Part shown: positions 11,310-23,105 of the stretch, in pieces
Layout of the letters: every line of letters begins with the position of its first letter
Numbering within the stretch: the stretch's first letter is position 1
NCBI RefSeq assembly: GCF_000143415.4
Contig: NW_003314261.1
Location: forward strand, 6,604,817-6,668,816
Source: Selaginella moellendorffii
Taxonomy: Eukaryota > Plantae > Lycopodiophyta
Length of the DNA: 64,000 bases
Direction: 5' to 3'
Translations under genes and position numbers: made by a program
The notes under the pieces: model-generated
The model's input: the letters and a program-made list of their open reading frames with translations, nothing else
What the model was told of the DNA's origin: nothing
Databases searched by the model: none

Positions 11310-12585
11310 ATGGCTGCTCGTGACGAGCTACGACGCCGGCGGAGGGAAGAACTTCGAGCGAGATATGAGAACACTAAAAGGCAAAAGGAAGTACGTCAGC
11401 ATTGCGTTTGTTTTTCCTCATCTTCCAAAGAGTTTGCTTTCTTTTCAGATGGAGCTGAAAGCGAGGGTGCAGAGAGAAGCGGAGCTGGAGAAGCTACAGA
11501 GGAAAGCTTATGTGGAGCAAAAGAAGCTGGCCGAGAAACAAAGGCTCGAGGTTGGTCAATTGTTTTTGGCAAGCTCGGATCTGATGATCGATGGGTTTTC
11601 TTTATTGGTAGAAAGAGGAAGAGAAGAAGAAACAGCGTGAGCTGTGGTGCCAGCAGTTCGAGCTTGCAGCATTGCATTGCTCGCGGAAGAAACTTGTGTA
11701 CTACGGAATGCTGCCATGGAAGAGACTGATTTGGAACGAGAGGTATGCGAGAAAACTAAGTGGGATGATTGCAACTACAAGTTCTATAGGTTGGCGTTAC
11801 ATGAGAAGGTCGCTGTCTGTACAGAACGAAGATGGACAAGGCGTGGACGCACTGTTCATTGGTTCTAGAGCGGAAGATTTTTGCTGCCTGGTGGAGCTGT
11901 GTCTCGGATAGGATGAACGAGGCTGCAGAGACAATCGGAAAGTTTCGGGGGAGATGGTGCCAAGTTCTGTGCCTACGCTTGTGGCTCAAGACGCTGAAAA
12001 TGACAAAGTTCTACTGCTCCCACCTGGTGAAAAGATGTCTTTATAGCTTCAAAGAGGTACTGCTAGTCCTGAACACGCGTCCAAAGCTAACGCTATTGCA
12101 ACAGGCTGTTGAAACTAGAGGTTTCTACGAGGAAACAAGCGCCATTTGTAACCATATTCGCCTGTGCAAATGGATTTGGAACAAGTGGAAAGTGGCATCA
12201 AAGACTTCCAAGGATGAGCTCTTTCTAAAAGAGCAAATCGCAATCGGCCGCGCAAAGAGGTACGCGGATTCCAACAAGTACAGCTCAAACTTAGACATCT
12301 CTTTTGGTTGGTGGTATCAGAGCTCGCTGCATGCGCTGCATGAACGCTTGGAAGTATGCCATTTCAGACGAGCTGTCTGAGAAGAAGAAACAGGAAAGCC
12401 GAGCGGCAACTTGGGCCAAGATCAACACCTGGCTGGAAGAATATCACAGGGTATGGTTAAATCTACAAAAGCTTGTGATCACGCTAATTCCCGGCAAACC
12501 CTGGCAGGAGAGAATCGCAAAGCTCGAAGAGGAAACAACACCACCAGAAAGAGGTTCTCTGGAGCAAACGATAGGATCTTCGTGA
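11310..12585 (+). CDS. Coiled-coil protein with Sfi1-like Trp repeats (CCDC191-like), multi-exon; start uncertain
   Basis: Charged coiled coil (RDELRRRRREELRARYE), then LHCSRKKLVYYGMLPWKRL and periodic W motifs (KIFAAWW, LRLWLK, WIWNKWK, CMNAWK), ending TWAKINTWLEE. The exons join in frame through short introns. Confidence 0.65.
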
Positions 12586-12912
12586 AGTCTAGGACAGGTG
12601 GCGGCCTATCACGTGGCCAATGAGCGTTTGTTCCTAAAATTAGCGACGCCATCGCCGCCGTCTATCGGGTCTCGAGGCGCATGGAGGAAGGATGGTGTTT
12701 AACGGGAGGCATGGAGGAAACGCACAGGGGCAGGGAAAAGAAGGAAGAAAACGAGCTGCGCACTTGCTCGGGGGGTGGGAGCTTCATTACTATCGTCGTC
12801 GCGGTGCTCTAGCGACGAGCAACGATTGCTGGGAAAGAAAAATGCTGGGCGGAGTTGGGAAGCACGACAAGTGATGCGGGAATGTAGGCAGGGAGATTTG
12901 GTTTTTCGGGGG

Positions 12913-14726
12913 ATGGCGTCTTCGATTCTTCCAGGTTCGGTTGCTCGAGAGCCTGACAGCGGTTGCTTCCCCGAAAGGGTCGGCGACAGCGCGTCCGGAT
13001 CGTCGTGCGTGCTCCATGATGAAGAGGTGGCCGAGAGCTCGGGTTTTCGCCAGGCACGCATCGATAAAGGGGCCGAGGAGGACTCTGGCGAGTGCTCGGG
13101 CTCGGGGACTGGCCGTTTTGAGGTTCCCGACGTTGACAACGGATGGGAGGTGGCTTTTGATTCGGACGAGGACGATGGTGGCAAGCATCCGGACATGGAT
13201 AGGCAGCCTTTGTTGTTCGAGAACGGTAGCAGTAGCAACGAAAGCCAGGGGGTCGATGAACAGGACGAGGGGCTGACAATGCCGCCGTTAGTCGAGAAGT
13301 CTGCCTGTTTTGAGACTGCTCCAGTCCCGGCACCGGCCCCGCATCGAAGAAGAGAAGTGTACAAGATGCCAACGCACAAGGAGCAGCCGGAGAGCCATCT
13401 CCTGCTATGGCCAGTTGGTTTTTTGATCAACGCGATCGGCTTCCAGTTCAAGATGATCGGCTACACCATGTCAATTGCGATGCTACTGTTTAGCATCTGC
13501 TTCTCGATGGTGACGGAACCAATCCATAGGACTGTGGAGGCCAAGAACAAGGTGACGGGGAAGATCAGCGATGGCATCTCCGTTATAACTCAGCTCCAGA
13601 TTATGCTCTGGGAGGCTGCTGCAGACATTGGTCCAAAGGTGAGCAGGATGGTGAAGAGGATGGGATATGGTGTTTTGTCAGCGGCATACGTGTTTATGCT
13701 CTTGAACCTCCTCTTGGTTCCTGCCATTCTCATGGACGTGGTGCTGATGTCCCGGCTCGTGGAAGAACCAGTCCAGCTGCGGGAAAGCATAAACTTCGAC
13801 TACACCGAGGCTCGTCCGAGTGCACGAGTTCCTCTCTTCCCTCAGGTTGTAACGGATAAGAGCGTCAGCAGCTTGAAAGCCTGGGCAATCCCGAAGACGC
13901 ACAGCTTCCACATCACGGCAACCTTGCAGCTACCCGAATCCGACCACAACATGCGCCTCGGGATGTTCCAGGTACGTATGGAAGTTCCTTTTCTTTCTTG
14001 CTTTCTGGTTTTTGTTTGCTTTGGACGTGGTTTGCTCACAGGCTTTGTGAAATGAAACAGGTGACGGCTGAGATCCTGGCAGTGAACGGCGTGGTGCTGT
14101 CTCGGTTCACGCATCCCTGCATGCTCCGCTACCGAAGTCGTCCGATCCGGTACGCAAAGACAGCGATGCTGGCGGTGCCACTTATCCTAGGACTGGAGGT
14201 GGAGTCGCAGACTCTCGTCCTAAAGCTGGTGGAAGCGTACGAAGAGCGATCGAGCAGCAGCTACCCGGGCAGTGCCAAGATATTGCTGGAACCGAGGGCC
14301 GGATTCGGTCCTGGAGCCGGGCTGCCGGAGATCTACAACGCGGAGGTGCTCGTCCAGTCGCAGCTTCCGTGGCTCAAGTCGGTCCTGTACAAGTGGAAGT
14401 GGACGTGCTACGTGTGGGGGGCGGTGCTCATCTTCGTGCTGGAGGTGGCAGCCATGGTGTGCTGCTGCCGGAACGTCTTGCTGGTATCACCGTCGGGAGC
14501 TTCTCCAGAGAAATCACCAGCGGAAGAACAGGCGGTGAGGCGGCCAGCGAGGAGGAAGAGGGTGTCTTTCAAGGACGATTTGCCGCGGGCAAGGGCCGCC
14601 GCCGCTGGAATCGGGACCCGGCCCAGCGACATTGATAAGTTTGTGGAGAAGGAGCTCGAGGCCTTGTCCGGGACCAAAGAGAAGCTTTCGTCCGTGCAGG
14701 AGGGAGGAGGGGCCTCGAGTCAGTAG
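12913..14726 (+). CDS. Seipin (SEIPIN2/3-type with long N-terminus); intron 13972-14060
   Basis: Signature motifs INFDYTEARPSARV, LQLPESDHNMRLGMFQV, PCMLRYRS and LPEIYNAEV, flanked by two TM helices. The start could be the upstream ATG at 12874. Confidence 0.92.
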
Positions 14727-14979
14727 TAAGTAAGTTTGCTTCTCAATAAACATTTCTTGGCTTTGCTGCAAGAGTTATCCGAGAGCTATCGCTTCAAACA
14801 AGTATACGTGGATCAGGATCTCACGACTTCTTTCAAAAAAAAAAAGTGAAAGTGATGCTTTCAGCTTGTTTACGAGTGGTGTGATTCGTTCCTTCTCAAA
14901 TTTTCTTTCTGCATGCGTTGGTGTCTGGTGAAACTTTCTACCTGAAAAAACCATGAAATCAAACTTCAAAATGAGTTTA

Positions 14980-16945
14980 CCTGGTCAAAAACCTGGGCAT
15001 CTCCTGGACACTGGGACAACCCATGCAGATCTTTCTCAATGATTTTCACAACAAAGCCTGTCATAACTTATCGGTTGCCATGGTTGGTCAGGTGGTGCTT
15101 AGAAGAACTCTCGCAAATGGTGCAAAGGACGTTAACTGCACTGCAAAACTCTTCAAAGGACGTCTCTGCCCGGTCACAAAACAAATGTGAAGCACAAAAC
15201 AAAGAGAAGAATACAAAGAATAACATACCTGAAGCTCATCGAGTCTCTTAAAACAAGCTGCATAGAATCTTCACCTCTTCAGCAATTTCCTCTGGAGGAA
15301 CAGTCGCCCAGGAAAATTGACTACCACCAACCATGGCCAAGAACTGATCCATTGTAGGATCCACCCCGGTACGTCCTTGGACTGCTTCTTCTACCAAGCC
15401 GTTTATGTATACCAGACATAGCAGTTCCAGCCCTGTTCAATGTCATCCATGTCGTAAATCACTGGTCGAACTCAGGACCATGATCTCGCACTCTTAGATT
15501 GGTAAGCAGTATTGTGTTCCATCCTAAAAAACATTGAATTGAAGCTCAAGCACCTGTAGAGAGTCGAAATCCCGGCGGTGTGAATCTGACAGTGAAAATG
15601 ACAGTAAAAATGTTTGTTCTTGAGGACCACAAACTTGTTCCAAGAGAGCACGTTAACATCAAACTTTCATCACTGACCGTTCCATCGGAAGAGCAGGCTG
15701 TAAGCTCAAAGATACTATCATTAAAAGTCAAATGCAAATCTTCGACGCTGGACGAATGTTTCACAAGAACACAAGCTCTTAAGTGGTTGCCAGACATGGA
15801 TTTGTTATCACCTATAAACAATAACACTTAAATGCAAATGGATCAATCGGTTCAAGGTACCAGCGTGGTGCACCGGACTCCAGTCGAGAGCAAATCCTTC
15901 CACCCCGTGAGAAAAGATAGGCATAGCTTCTTTCGGTGTAAAGTTCTTGTCAGAGGCTCTGCACGTCTCAAACCCGGTGAAAAATAGGCATTAACGTCAA
16001 ACCATGGCGAGAGGCTTCAGACCTCAACAAAGGGTTCTTGTGGTGCTTTCATTTTTCTCGGAGAAAAATTCTTCCCAGAGGCAAAAAAGGATGTGCTTTG
16101 ATTACGACTTTCCTTCTATATTGTTTAAGTTCTTTAAAAAATCATGACTTTCTGGTCAACAACACCCGTGCTTTCCAAAAATTAAAATCGTCTTCACGAG
16201 GGTGGCGCTCGCGTCATCGAAGGTCGCCGCTGACTATTGGATAGTCAACTTTGCGACCATGAAAGCCACCGGGTACAGGAGCGGCTGCCTCATGGACAGG
16301 GCGGTCGAGACTCTTTCGGTGCCGATTGACTGCCCCTGGAATCCGGAGGTGGTCAAAGCTAGAATGGCCTCCAGATGCTGGTAAGAGTTGCTTTAATCCC
16401 CAGTCACGGATTTTTTCGTTGCCATGGTTGCTGAAGAGCCAACACTGGCGATTAATCTCATTCCCTTCGACCTCGCGTCTGGATTTCGACTTATTTCAAA
16501 GAAGAGTGAAGCAAAAAATGGATGTTTTGAGCTAGCATGTTTGTCAATTCTTCAATTTTCTGTGTGTTGCATGCAGCAACTTTAGTATTATTTGTTAATG
16601 CATTGAAACATGTTTAAAATTACAACCAAAAAGTAAACCAAAAACCAAAAAGCTCAAACGAAACTTTAAAATAAGTTTCTTTCACATCTCTGTGACCAGG
16701 AACACCATGTCTCGCCAGGTCATGCTTTCCAAAATTTTGTACTTCATCTGCTAAGTACTTTTCAGCCAGCATGTTATAGCTTTTCGTGAATTGTAGTTTG
16801 TGAATTTGTATCGGACAGCTCTCACTGATGGCGGTGAGGACTTGCACTGCGTTGCAGAACTCCTCCAAGGACATCTTTGCCTGCTCACAGAACAAATGTG
16901 AAGAATTAAACAACAAACCAACAGACCTGAAGCTCATTGTCAAGC
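14980..16945 (-). pseudogene. Decayed fragments of an unidentified repeated gene family (two related copies)
   Basis: Related exon remnants AETSFEEFCSAVNVLCTICES (~15110-15170) and AKMSLEEFCNAVQVLTAISES (~16820-16880), each preceded by MSFR and a GT intron. In-frame stops are present. Confidence 0.45.
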
Positions 16946-17827
16946 ATCCTCACTAAACAGAAAACCAATCTAAATCCTTCATATGGTTATGGATTTGAAT
17001 GGAACAATTAATAAATCTCTTTAGCATTTTCTAGCCTTGCAGCTTTGGACCTCTTTAGGGATCACCTTTGCCCATGAAAGGTGATCCATCAATGCTCCAT
17101 TGGAGTCAATCCAGCCCTTTGATGTAGTTATTATGGATGTTGTTTGTTTATCGCATCTATGTTGGATTTTGTGAATTCTCTGTCAAAATCATGATCATGT
17201 TCTGGCACTTAGAGATGCATAAATCATTGTGTTCAAAGTATCAAGGTGCATCAGTAATTCATTTTGAGATTTCAGACTCCAGAATGAAGGAATCCTTGTT
17301 CGTCCGGATCATCAATTTCAACCCTCGTCAGAGCTAATGCGTGAAGTGAATGTAAGGGTCTTGTAGCGACGAAGTTGCATGGATGGCAAGATCCTGAAAG
17401 GGATCTTGATGACTCGAAATGTTGGGCTCACCTAGTGGTAGTGTGAAAAAATCTGCTTTTCATGAGTCTCACGACTGAGTAATTGAGCAATATCCAGGCA
17501 ATACCAAGATCATGGGCGAAGACTTTCATCAATGCAAGTGCTTCACCTTTAGTTATAGGCTAATCCCTAATTCGGAGCCTCCGCAATCCAACGGCTGAGC
17601 CGATTGGAATCAACCCTTACCAATCTTTTAACAACAAAGATAAAAAGGCTTAACGACCTCCTCTTAAGATTAAATATCTTTTAACGTTATGCCCCTTGGA
17701 CCATTTTGAATCCAAAATACACTATCGGCATCTTAAAACGTGCTTGGATGGATTTTGAGATTCGAATATACTTCACTTCTAGAGGAATGCTTGCACAATA
17801 CGTGCTTCAATCTCAATCTCACACACC

Positions 17828-19228
17828 ATGACACTGCTCCTCCAATGGATGTGCTACTCGCTCTCGCTGCTCATCGATGCCAATGCCCAGATTCTTTCAG
17901 CATTTGGAGGACAAGCCCCACATCGTGCCCCACATTTGCTAGCGCTTCCAGTCCGGGGTCTCATCGCGTTTGGCGATTCCCTGTCCGACACAGGTAACGC
18001 GCAAGCCTTGTTTCCCGACGGTGTGCCCGGGGGATTCCCTTCCGGACTGCCATACGGGATCACCTGGCCGGGATCCAGTAGCACGGGAAGATCCAGCGAT
18101 GGAAAGCTCATGGTGGACTACTTTGGTACGGGGTCAAATAGTTGTTTTCATGGGCGATCATAATCGAGCAATCCGTGGTTTTCCAGTGAAAGCTCTCGGT
18201 CTTGGAGAGGGCGCGGTGGCTTATTTGGAGGATTTGCGCCCGGATCATAGGAAAAGTGTGAATTTCGCGCAGGCTGGAGCTACTGCCGCCGCTGCAAGCT
18301 TCCAAAATCCCTTCCACCTCATGCTCCAAGTGAAGCAGTTCTTGCAGTTTCGAACAAGGGTGATCAGCCGGGCTCGAGAAATCGATCAAGGGACAGGTAA
18401 TTTTGGTCGTGGCTTGAGAGAACTTTGACGATGGCATTTTTATCCTCAGTAAAAGGATGCAACAACTTGTTGCCAGCCCCGTCTTTCTTCAAGAAATCTC
18501 TGTACTTCATTCTCGTCGGCGGGAACGATATCAATCACAACTTAAAGCCGGAGTTCGGGAACAAATCGCTCGAGGAGATTCGCGATTCGATCATCCCTCG
18601 GGCGGTGGCCGCTGTTGAATCCGCAATAAAAGTGAGTAACCCGAGTCTCGATGGCAAATCTTAGAACTTTCCCAGCAGACCTTGCACCGGCATGGAGCCA
18701 GGAATTTCTTGGTTTTCGGCCGCCCTCCACAGGGTTGCACGCCGCTCTTCAAGACGCTGTACGGAGGCAAGAACCCGGGGGGCTATGACGCCGGCGGGTG
18801 TCTAATTCCGTACAACAACCTCACGCTCACGCTGCAGCTCGGGCTAAGGGCCGCCACCGATCGGCTGAGGAAACAACACCGCGACTCGAGATTCTTCTTT
18901 GCGGATCTCTACAACTCGTTCCTCCACATCAAGAAGAACGCAGAGCGTTACGGTGTGGCTATTCTCTTGAAGTTTCCTAGCTGATGATCAAGATTTTCAT
19001 ACAGGTTTCACAGACACAGACAACGCTTGCTGTGGATCCGGGAGTCCGTACAACTTCTCACCCCGGAGAAAATGTGGATCGCCCGGAGTTCCAGTCTGTG
19101 TTGATCCCTCCAAATTCGTCTCTTGGGATGGAAACCATTTCACGCAAAAGTACTACAAACTGGTGGTCAACTTGATCTTGTCTGGCAAATTTGTTGACCC
19201 CCCCTTTAATTTACGCCCTAAAAGTTAA
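17828..19228 (+). CDS. GDSL esterase/lipase, secreted, multi-exon
   Basis: Signal peptide, FGDSLSDTGN, TGRSSDGKLMVDYF, VNFAQAGATA, GGNDI and the catalytic WDGNHFT (DxxH). Confidence 0.95.
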
Positions 19229-19579
19229 CCTGTTAGCCCTAAAAGGAAAGCCCTAAAACGTTGACACCGCGGCGGACACGCAAGCCCTAGAGTCACTTCC
19301 TTCAATGCGCTCTACCAAACCGTGGAATAGAGATCTGGCATTACTCTGTTCCATCCTTGATTGGATCCGTCCATCCATCTTTTCCTTCAATGGCATGGCG
19401 TCGCAGTCCTGGCGAAGAACGCGTCCCTCTCTCTCTTCTCCTCCTCTGATCCCGAATCGGCAGTGGTTAATAAGGTAGTTGCTGCGATTCCATCCTTCCC
19501 AGGCAGGCAGGCGATCGATCGATTCCGTCGATCCACGCGACGGCGGCCACGCAGCAGTGGATCCATCCGTATAGGGATT

Positions 19580-20017
19580 ATGGGGCGGTCTTTGCCGGCG
19601 GCATTGGGATTGTCCAGGGACAAGAAGAAATCCGGCCATGGCATCCGCAGCTACCAGAGATTCGTGAGCTCCATCGATGCCGCGGAGTGTAGCAGCAATG
19701 TGGAGCTCCCGCCGGTGATTCGCCTCCGCCCGGCCGATCGGCCATCGGCGAAATCCAAGTCGGCTTGCAGGAAATCTCCGTGCCCGGTGTCCAAGATCCA
19801 CCAGGCCATGGCCAGGGCGCCCGGCGTGGTCGCGAGGAAGATCAAAGGCGCGTGCAGCAAGGTTCTCGGCAATGGCGGCAGCTATCTCACGGATCTCTTC
19901 GCGAGCAACCAGCTGCTCATGCATTTCACGGCGGCGCCAGTGAGCATGCATCGCAAGCGCCAGATGTATCCCACTGTGGGATTCCGGCCTAGATCCAGCG
20001 ACAGCGTGACCCCGTGA
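19580..20017 (+). CDS. Uncharacterised small basic plant protein, 145 aa
   Basis: Single-exon ORF from ATG 19580. Its KVLGNGGSYLTDLFASNQLLMHF segment resembles a conserved C-terminal motif I recall from uncharacterised plant proteins (not verified). Confidence 0.55.
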   Translation: MGRSLPAALGLSRDKKKSGHGIRSYQRFVSSIDAAECSSNVELPPVIRLRPADRPSAKSKSACRKSPCPVSKIHQAMARAPGVVARKIKGACSKVLGNGGSYLTDLFASNQLLMHFTAAPVSMHRKRQMYPTVGFRPRSSDSVTP

Positions 20018-20391
20018 CCGCGGAGGAGCACGAGCTCTCTCGAAATATTTCCATTCTTGCTGCCATCCACCGATCGGTGCGATTGCTCACTGTAATCTTT
20101 CCTGGATTGGATCGATGGTCGCTTCGATCCATTCCCCGCAAAATTTCTCATAGACAAGAAGCTCATTGCCTCTCCAGTGCTAGGGTTTCTTTGTCCTTTC
20201 TCTTCTTCCCGGAATGCGCTGCGCCAAGAACGCGGTGTGAGAATCGCTTGGCTCGATCTGTGAGCAGTCAATCGCTTGGCGCGATCCAGGTATGGCGATT
20301 GTCGCTCTTGCGCGTCGAGACCGATCGAGATCGATCATCATCCTCGTTTCTGGCTTGTTCTTCCAGACACAAGAATCCACAGCTACAGCGA

Positions 20392-21293
20392 ATGATACTT
20401 AGAGCATATTCCTCGTATATATCATTGGTTCTTGTGCTCTTGGTATCTTTGTATTGGAGGAACGCTTCGCTTTTTTACGACTCTGCAAGAATCTTCTCGC
20501 CGAATTATCGGAACATGAGCTCTTCGGATAAGCCCTCTAGCATCTACGACATTACTGTCAATGTTCGCTCGTTTATACACCTCCTCCAATTGTCTAGATG
20601 TTCTTCGCATTGTTTTACAGGATGCTACAGGAAACGATGTTTCTCTCGGCAGCTACAAGGACAAAGTTCTCCTGATTGTGAACGTTGCATCGCAATGGTA
20701 TGTTTGTTGTCAATCGAGGTGTGCTCTAACCGGTTTTTCTTCTTCGGCAGTGGCTTCACTACAACCAATTACAAAGAACTCAACGAGCTCTACGAGAAGT
20801 ACAAGGACAAGGGTATGAATTTCTTTTTTCTGGCTGTGAAACTTATGAGCTCTCCCTGACTCCAGGCTTTGAGATCCTGGCCTTTCCGTGTAACCAGTTT
20901 GCCGGGCAAGAGCCTGGCTCTAACGAAGAAATCCAGCAAACCGTGTGTACTCGATTCAAGGCCGAGTTCCCGGTTTTTGGGAAAGTAAGTGGTGATTATC
21001 TTTTCAGTTCTCTCCTAAATTTTTCCATCGTGGTGTTGTGTCAGGTGAACGTGAATGGAGCAGACACAGCTCCTGTTTTTAAGTACCTCAAGTCTGCCAA
21101 GGGTGGGGGCATCTTCGGCGACTTTATCAAGTGGAACTTCAGCAAGTTTCTGGTGAGCAAGACTGGTGAAGTTGTTGAGCGCTATGCTCCAACTACAAAC
21201 CCATCCAAAATCGAGGTCAATTTCTTGCCGCGCTACTCTCTTTCGGTGCACTAACTTCTTTTCTTGCAGAAGGATATCCTGAAGCTTCTGTGA
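20392..21293 (+). CDS. GPX: Glutathione peroxidase (plant Cys-type GPX-like), multi-exon; alternative start at 20515
   Basis: [12 protein letters not shown]|[26 protein letters not shown] and [10 protein letters not shown]. There is a hydrophobic N-terminal extension. Confidence 0.95.
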
Positions 21294-21403
21294 GCTTCGT
21301 GTGTGAAAGCAAAGGTACACCAGTAAAGTTACAATAAAGAAAGGCTATCATCGTCTGTGAGTGAGAAGGTGTTTCTGCACTTCGCCTTCTCTTGTTTTTC
21401 TCG

Positions 21404-22996
21404 CTAAGTGAAGCAGATGCTAGAAACAAGCGTGAAAGCCCCGCCGTCCGCAACACCGGAAGCAACCACATCTCGGGCAACGAAAGCTCCCCGCTGGAAA
21501 TCCGCCTGGTCTTTACAAGAGCTCAGAAACGCCGTCCACGCCACGGGATCCTCGCGAGCAGCAGGCAAGTCTTTGATCACCTCTTGCGCATCACTCGTCT
21601 GACCCGACCTTCCCAGCATGTCCACAAGGCAAGACCAGTGCTCTGGAGAAACCTCGAGCGCAAAGTCGTGGACCATCGAAGCAAAGCAGGCTAGACCGAT
21701 ACGCAAGCTCCCAATGCGGCTGCAAGCAGTGAGGATTCCCACAAAGGTGACGGCGTTTGGAAGCTGGCCGTGGAGATTCATGGCGTGGAAGAGCTCGAGC
21801 GAGGCAGCGGCGCTATGACCAGCCTGAGCATACGCCACAACGAGAGTCGTCCAGGACACCACATCGGTCTCGGGCATCGAGCGAAAGATCTCCGCCGCGA
21901 CGTCCACTCGGTTGCTCCCGGCGAAGGCCTCGCAGATCGAGTTCCACGACACCAGGTCGCGCAGCGGCATCGCATCAAACACCGCCTTGGCTCGATCGAC
22001 GCAGGAGTTGAGCGTCAGCGCGGCCAGCATCGCGTTGCTCGAGGTGGTGTCGTGCTCGCTCATCGAGCTCGCGAAGAACTCCTCGGCGGCTTCGATGAGA
22101 CCGGCTCGAGCATAGGCGGAGACGATGGTCGTCCAGGAAACAATGTTCTTCTCCGGCATTCGATCGAAGGCGAGCTTCGCGGCCTCGAGATCGCCACTCT
22201 CGGCGTAGCCATGGACGAGGGCAGTGGCCGCCACCACTCCAAACTCGGGCATTCGATCGAAGAGCTCTTGGGCTTCCTCCATCTTCCCGGCCTGGGCATG
22301 CGCAGCGATCATGGTGGCGTAGGAGAACGCGTCGGGCTCTTTGATCCGGTTGAAGAACTCTCTCGCTCTATCGAAATCGCCGCTCCTCGCGTGCGCGGCC
22401 GCGATCGACGTGCACAACACCAGATCCAGCTCCGGCATTCGATCCAAGAGCTCCACGGCTTCTTCCAGATGCCCTCTCCGGGCATACGCTACCGCCATCG
22501 CTGTCCAGGAGACCAAGTTCCTCTCGGGCATGTCGGCGAAGATCTCTCGCGCTCTTGGCAGCTCGCAGGCCGTGATCATCACCGTGGAGGAGATCACGTC
22601 CCACTCGGGCATGGATTCGAAGAGCTCCTGCGCTGCCGCGGGATCCCCAGCCTGGGCATACGCCGCCACCATCGTCGTCCACAGCACCAGGCCGCGCTGG
22701 GGCGATCCATCGAAGAACTTGCGAGCGAGAGGGAGGCGATCGTGGCCGATGCAAGCCCGGATCACGAGGCCCCAGGAGAAGAGATTGGGGCGATGGATCG
22801 AGTGGAAGAGGTGGAGCGCCTCGGCCAAGCCCCCGCATCGAGCGTAGGCCTCGAGGGTGGTGTTGGAGAGAAAGGTGTTGCGAGAAAAGAGGCTGTGCTC
22901 GAGGATCTTCGCGTGGACCTTGTGGCAATCCTCTAGCTTGTCGAGAGATTTTAGAAGCTTTGCGCAGGATTTTACTTCCACTGGCAGTGTGTCCAT
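21404..22996 (-). CDS. PLS-class pentatricopeptide repeat protein with E-like C-terminus
   Basis: Intronless. Tandem 31-aa S-type PPR motifs (FDRMPEKNIVSWT), then HWSCLVDMLGRSGQ and VAWTAFLSSC. Confidence 0.93.
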   Translation of the reverse strand: MDTLPVEVKSCAKLLKSLDKLEDCHKVHAKILEHSLFSRNTFLSNTTLEAYARCGGLAEALHLFHSIHRPNLFSWGLVIRACIGHDRLPLARKFFDGSPQRGLVLWTTMVAAYAQAGDPAAAQELFESMPEWDVISSTVMITACELPRAREIFADMPERNLVSWTAMAVAYARRGHLEEAVELLDRMPELDLVLCTSIAAAHARSGDFDRAREFFNRIKEPDAFSYATMIAAHAQAGKMEEAQELFDRMPEFGVVAATALVHGYAESGDLEAAKLAFDRMPEKNIVSWTTIVSAYARAGLIEAAEEFFASSMSEHDTTSSNAMLAALTLNSCVDRAKAVFDAMPLRDLVSWNSICEAFAGSNRVDVAAEIFRSMPETDVVSWTTLVVAYAQAGHSAAASLELFHAMNLHGQLPNAVTFVGILTACSRIGSLRIGLACFASMVHDFALEVSPEHWSCLVDMLGRSGQTSDAQEVIKDLPAAREDPVAWTAFLSSCKDQADFQRGAFVARDVVASGVADGGAFTLVSSICFT

Positions 22997-23105
22997 CTTA
23001 ACATGATCGATAAGAAAAATCAATCCAAGCTATGAAGTAATAAATCAAACTAGAAAGTAAGATGGGAAGAAAAAAATTATGTATATTATTACCATCCTTT
23101 GTATT

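Noticed and set aside
20690-20755. Selenocysteine in GPX
   Set aside because: The spliced active-site codon is TG|T (Cys), not TGA.
21770-22936. 388-aa + strand ORF and other overlapping ORFs in the PPR genes
   Set aside because: Antisense or alternative-frame shadows of GC-rich PPR coding sequence.
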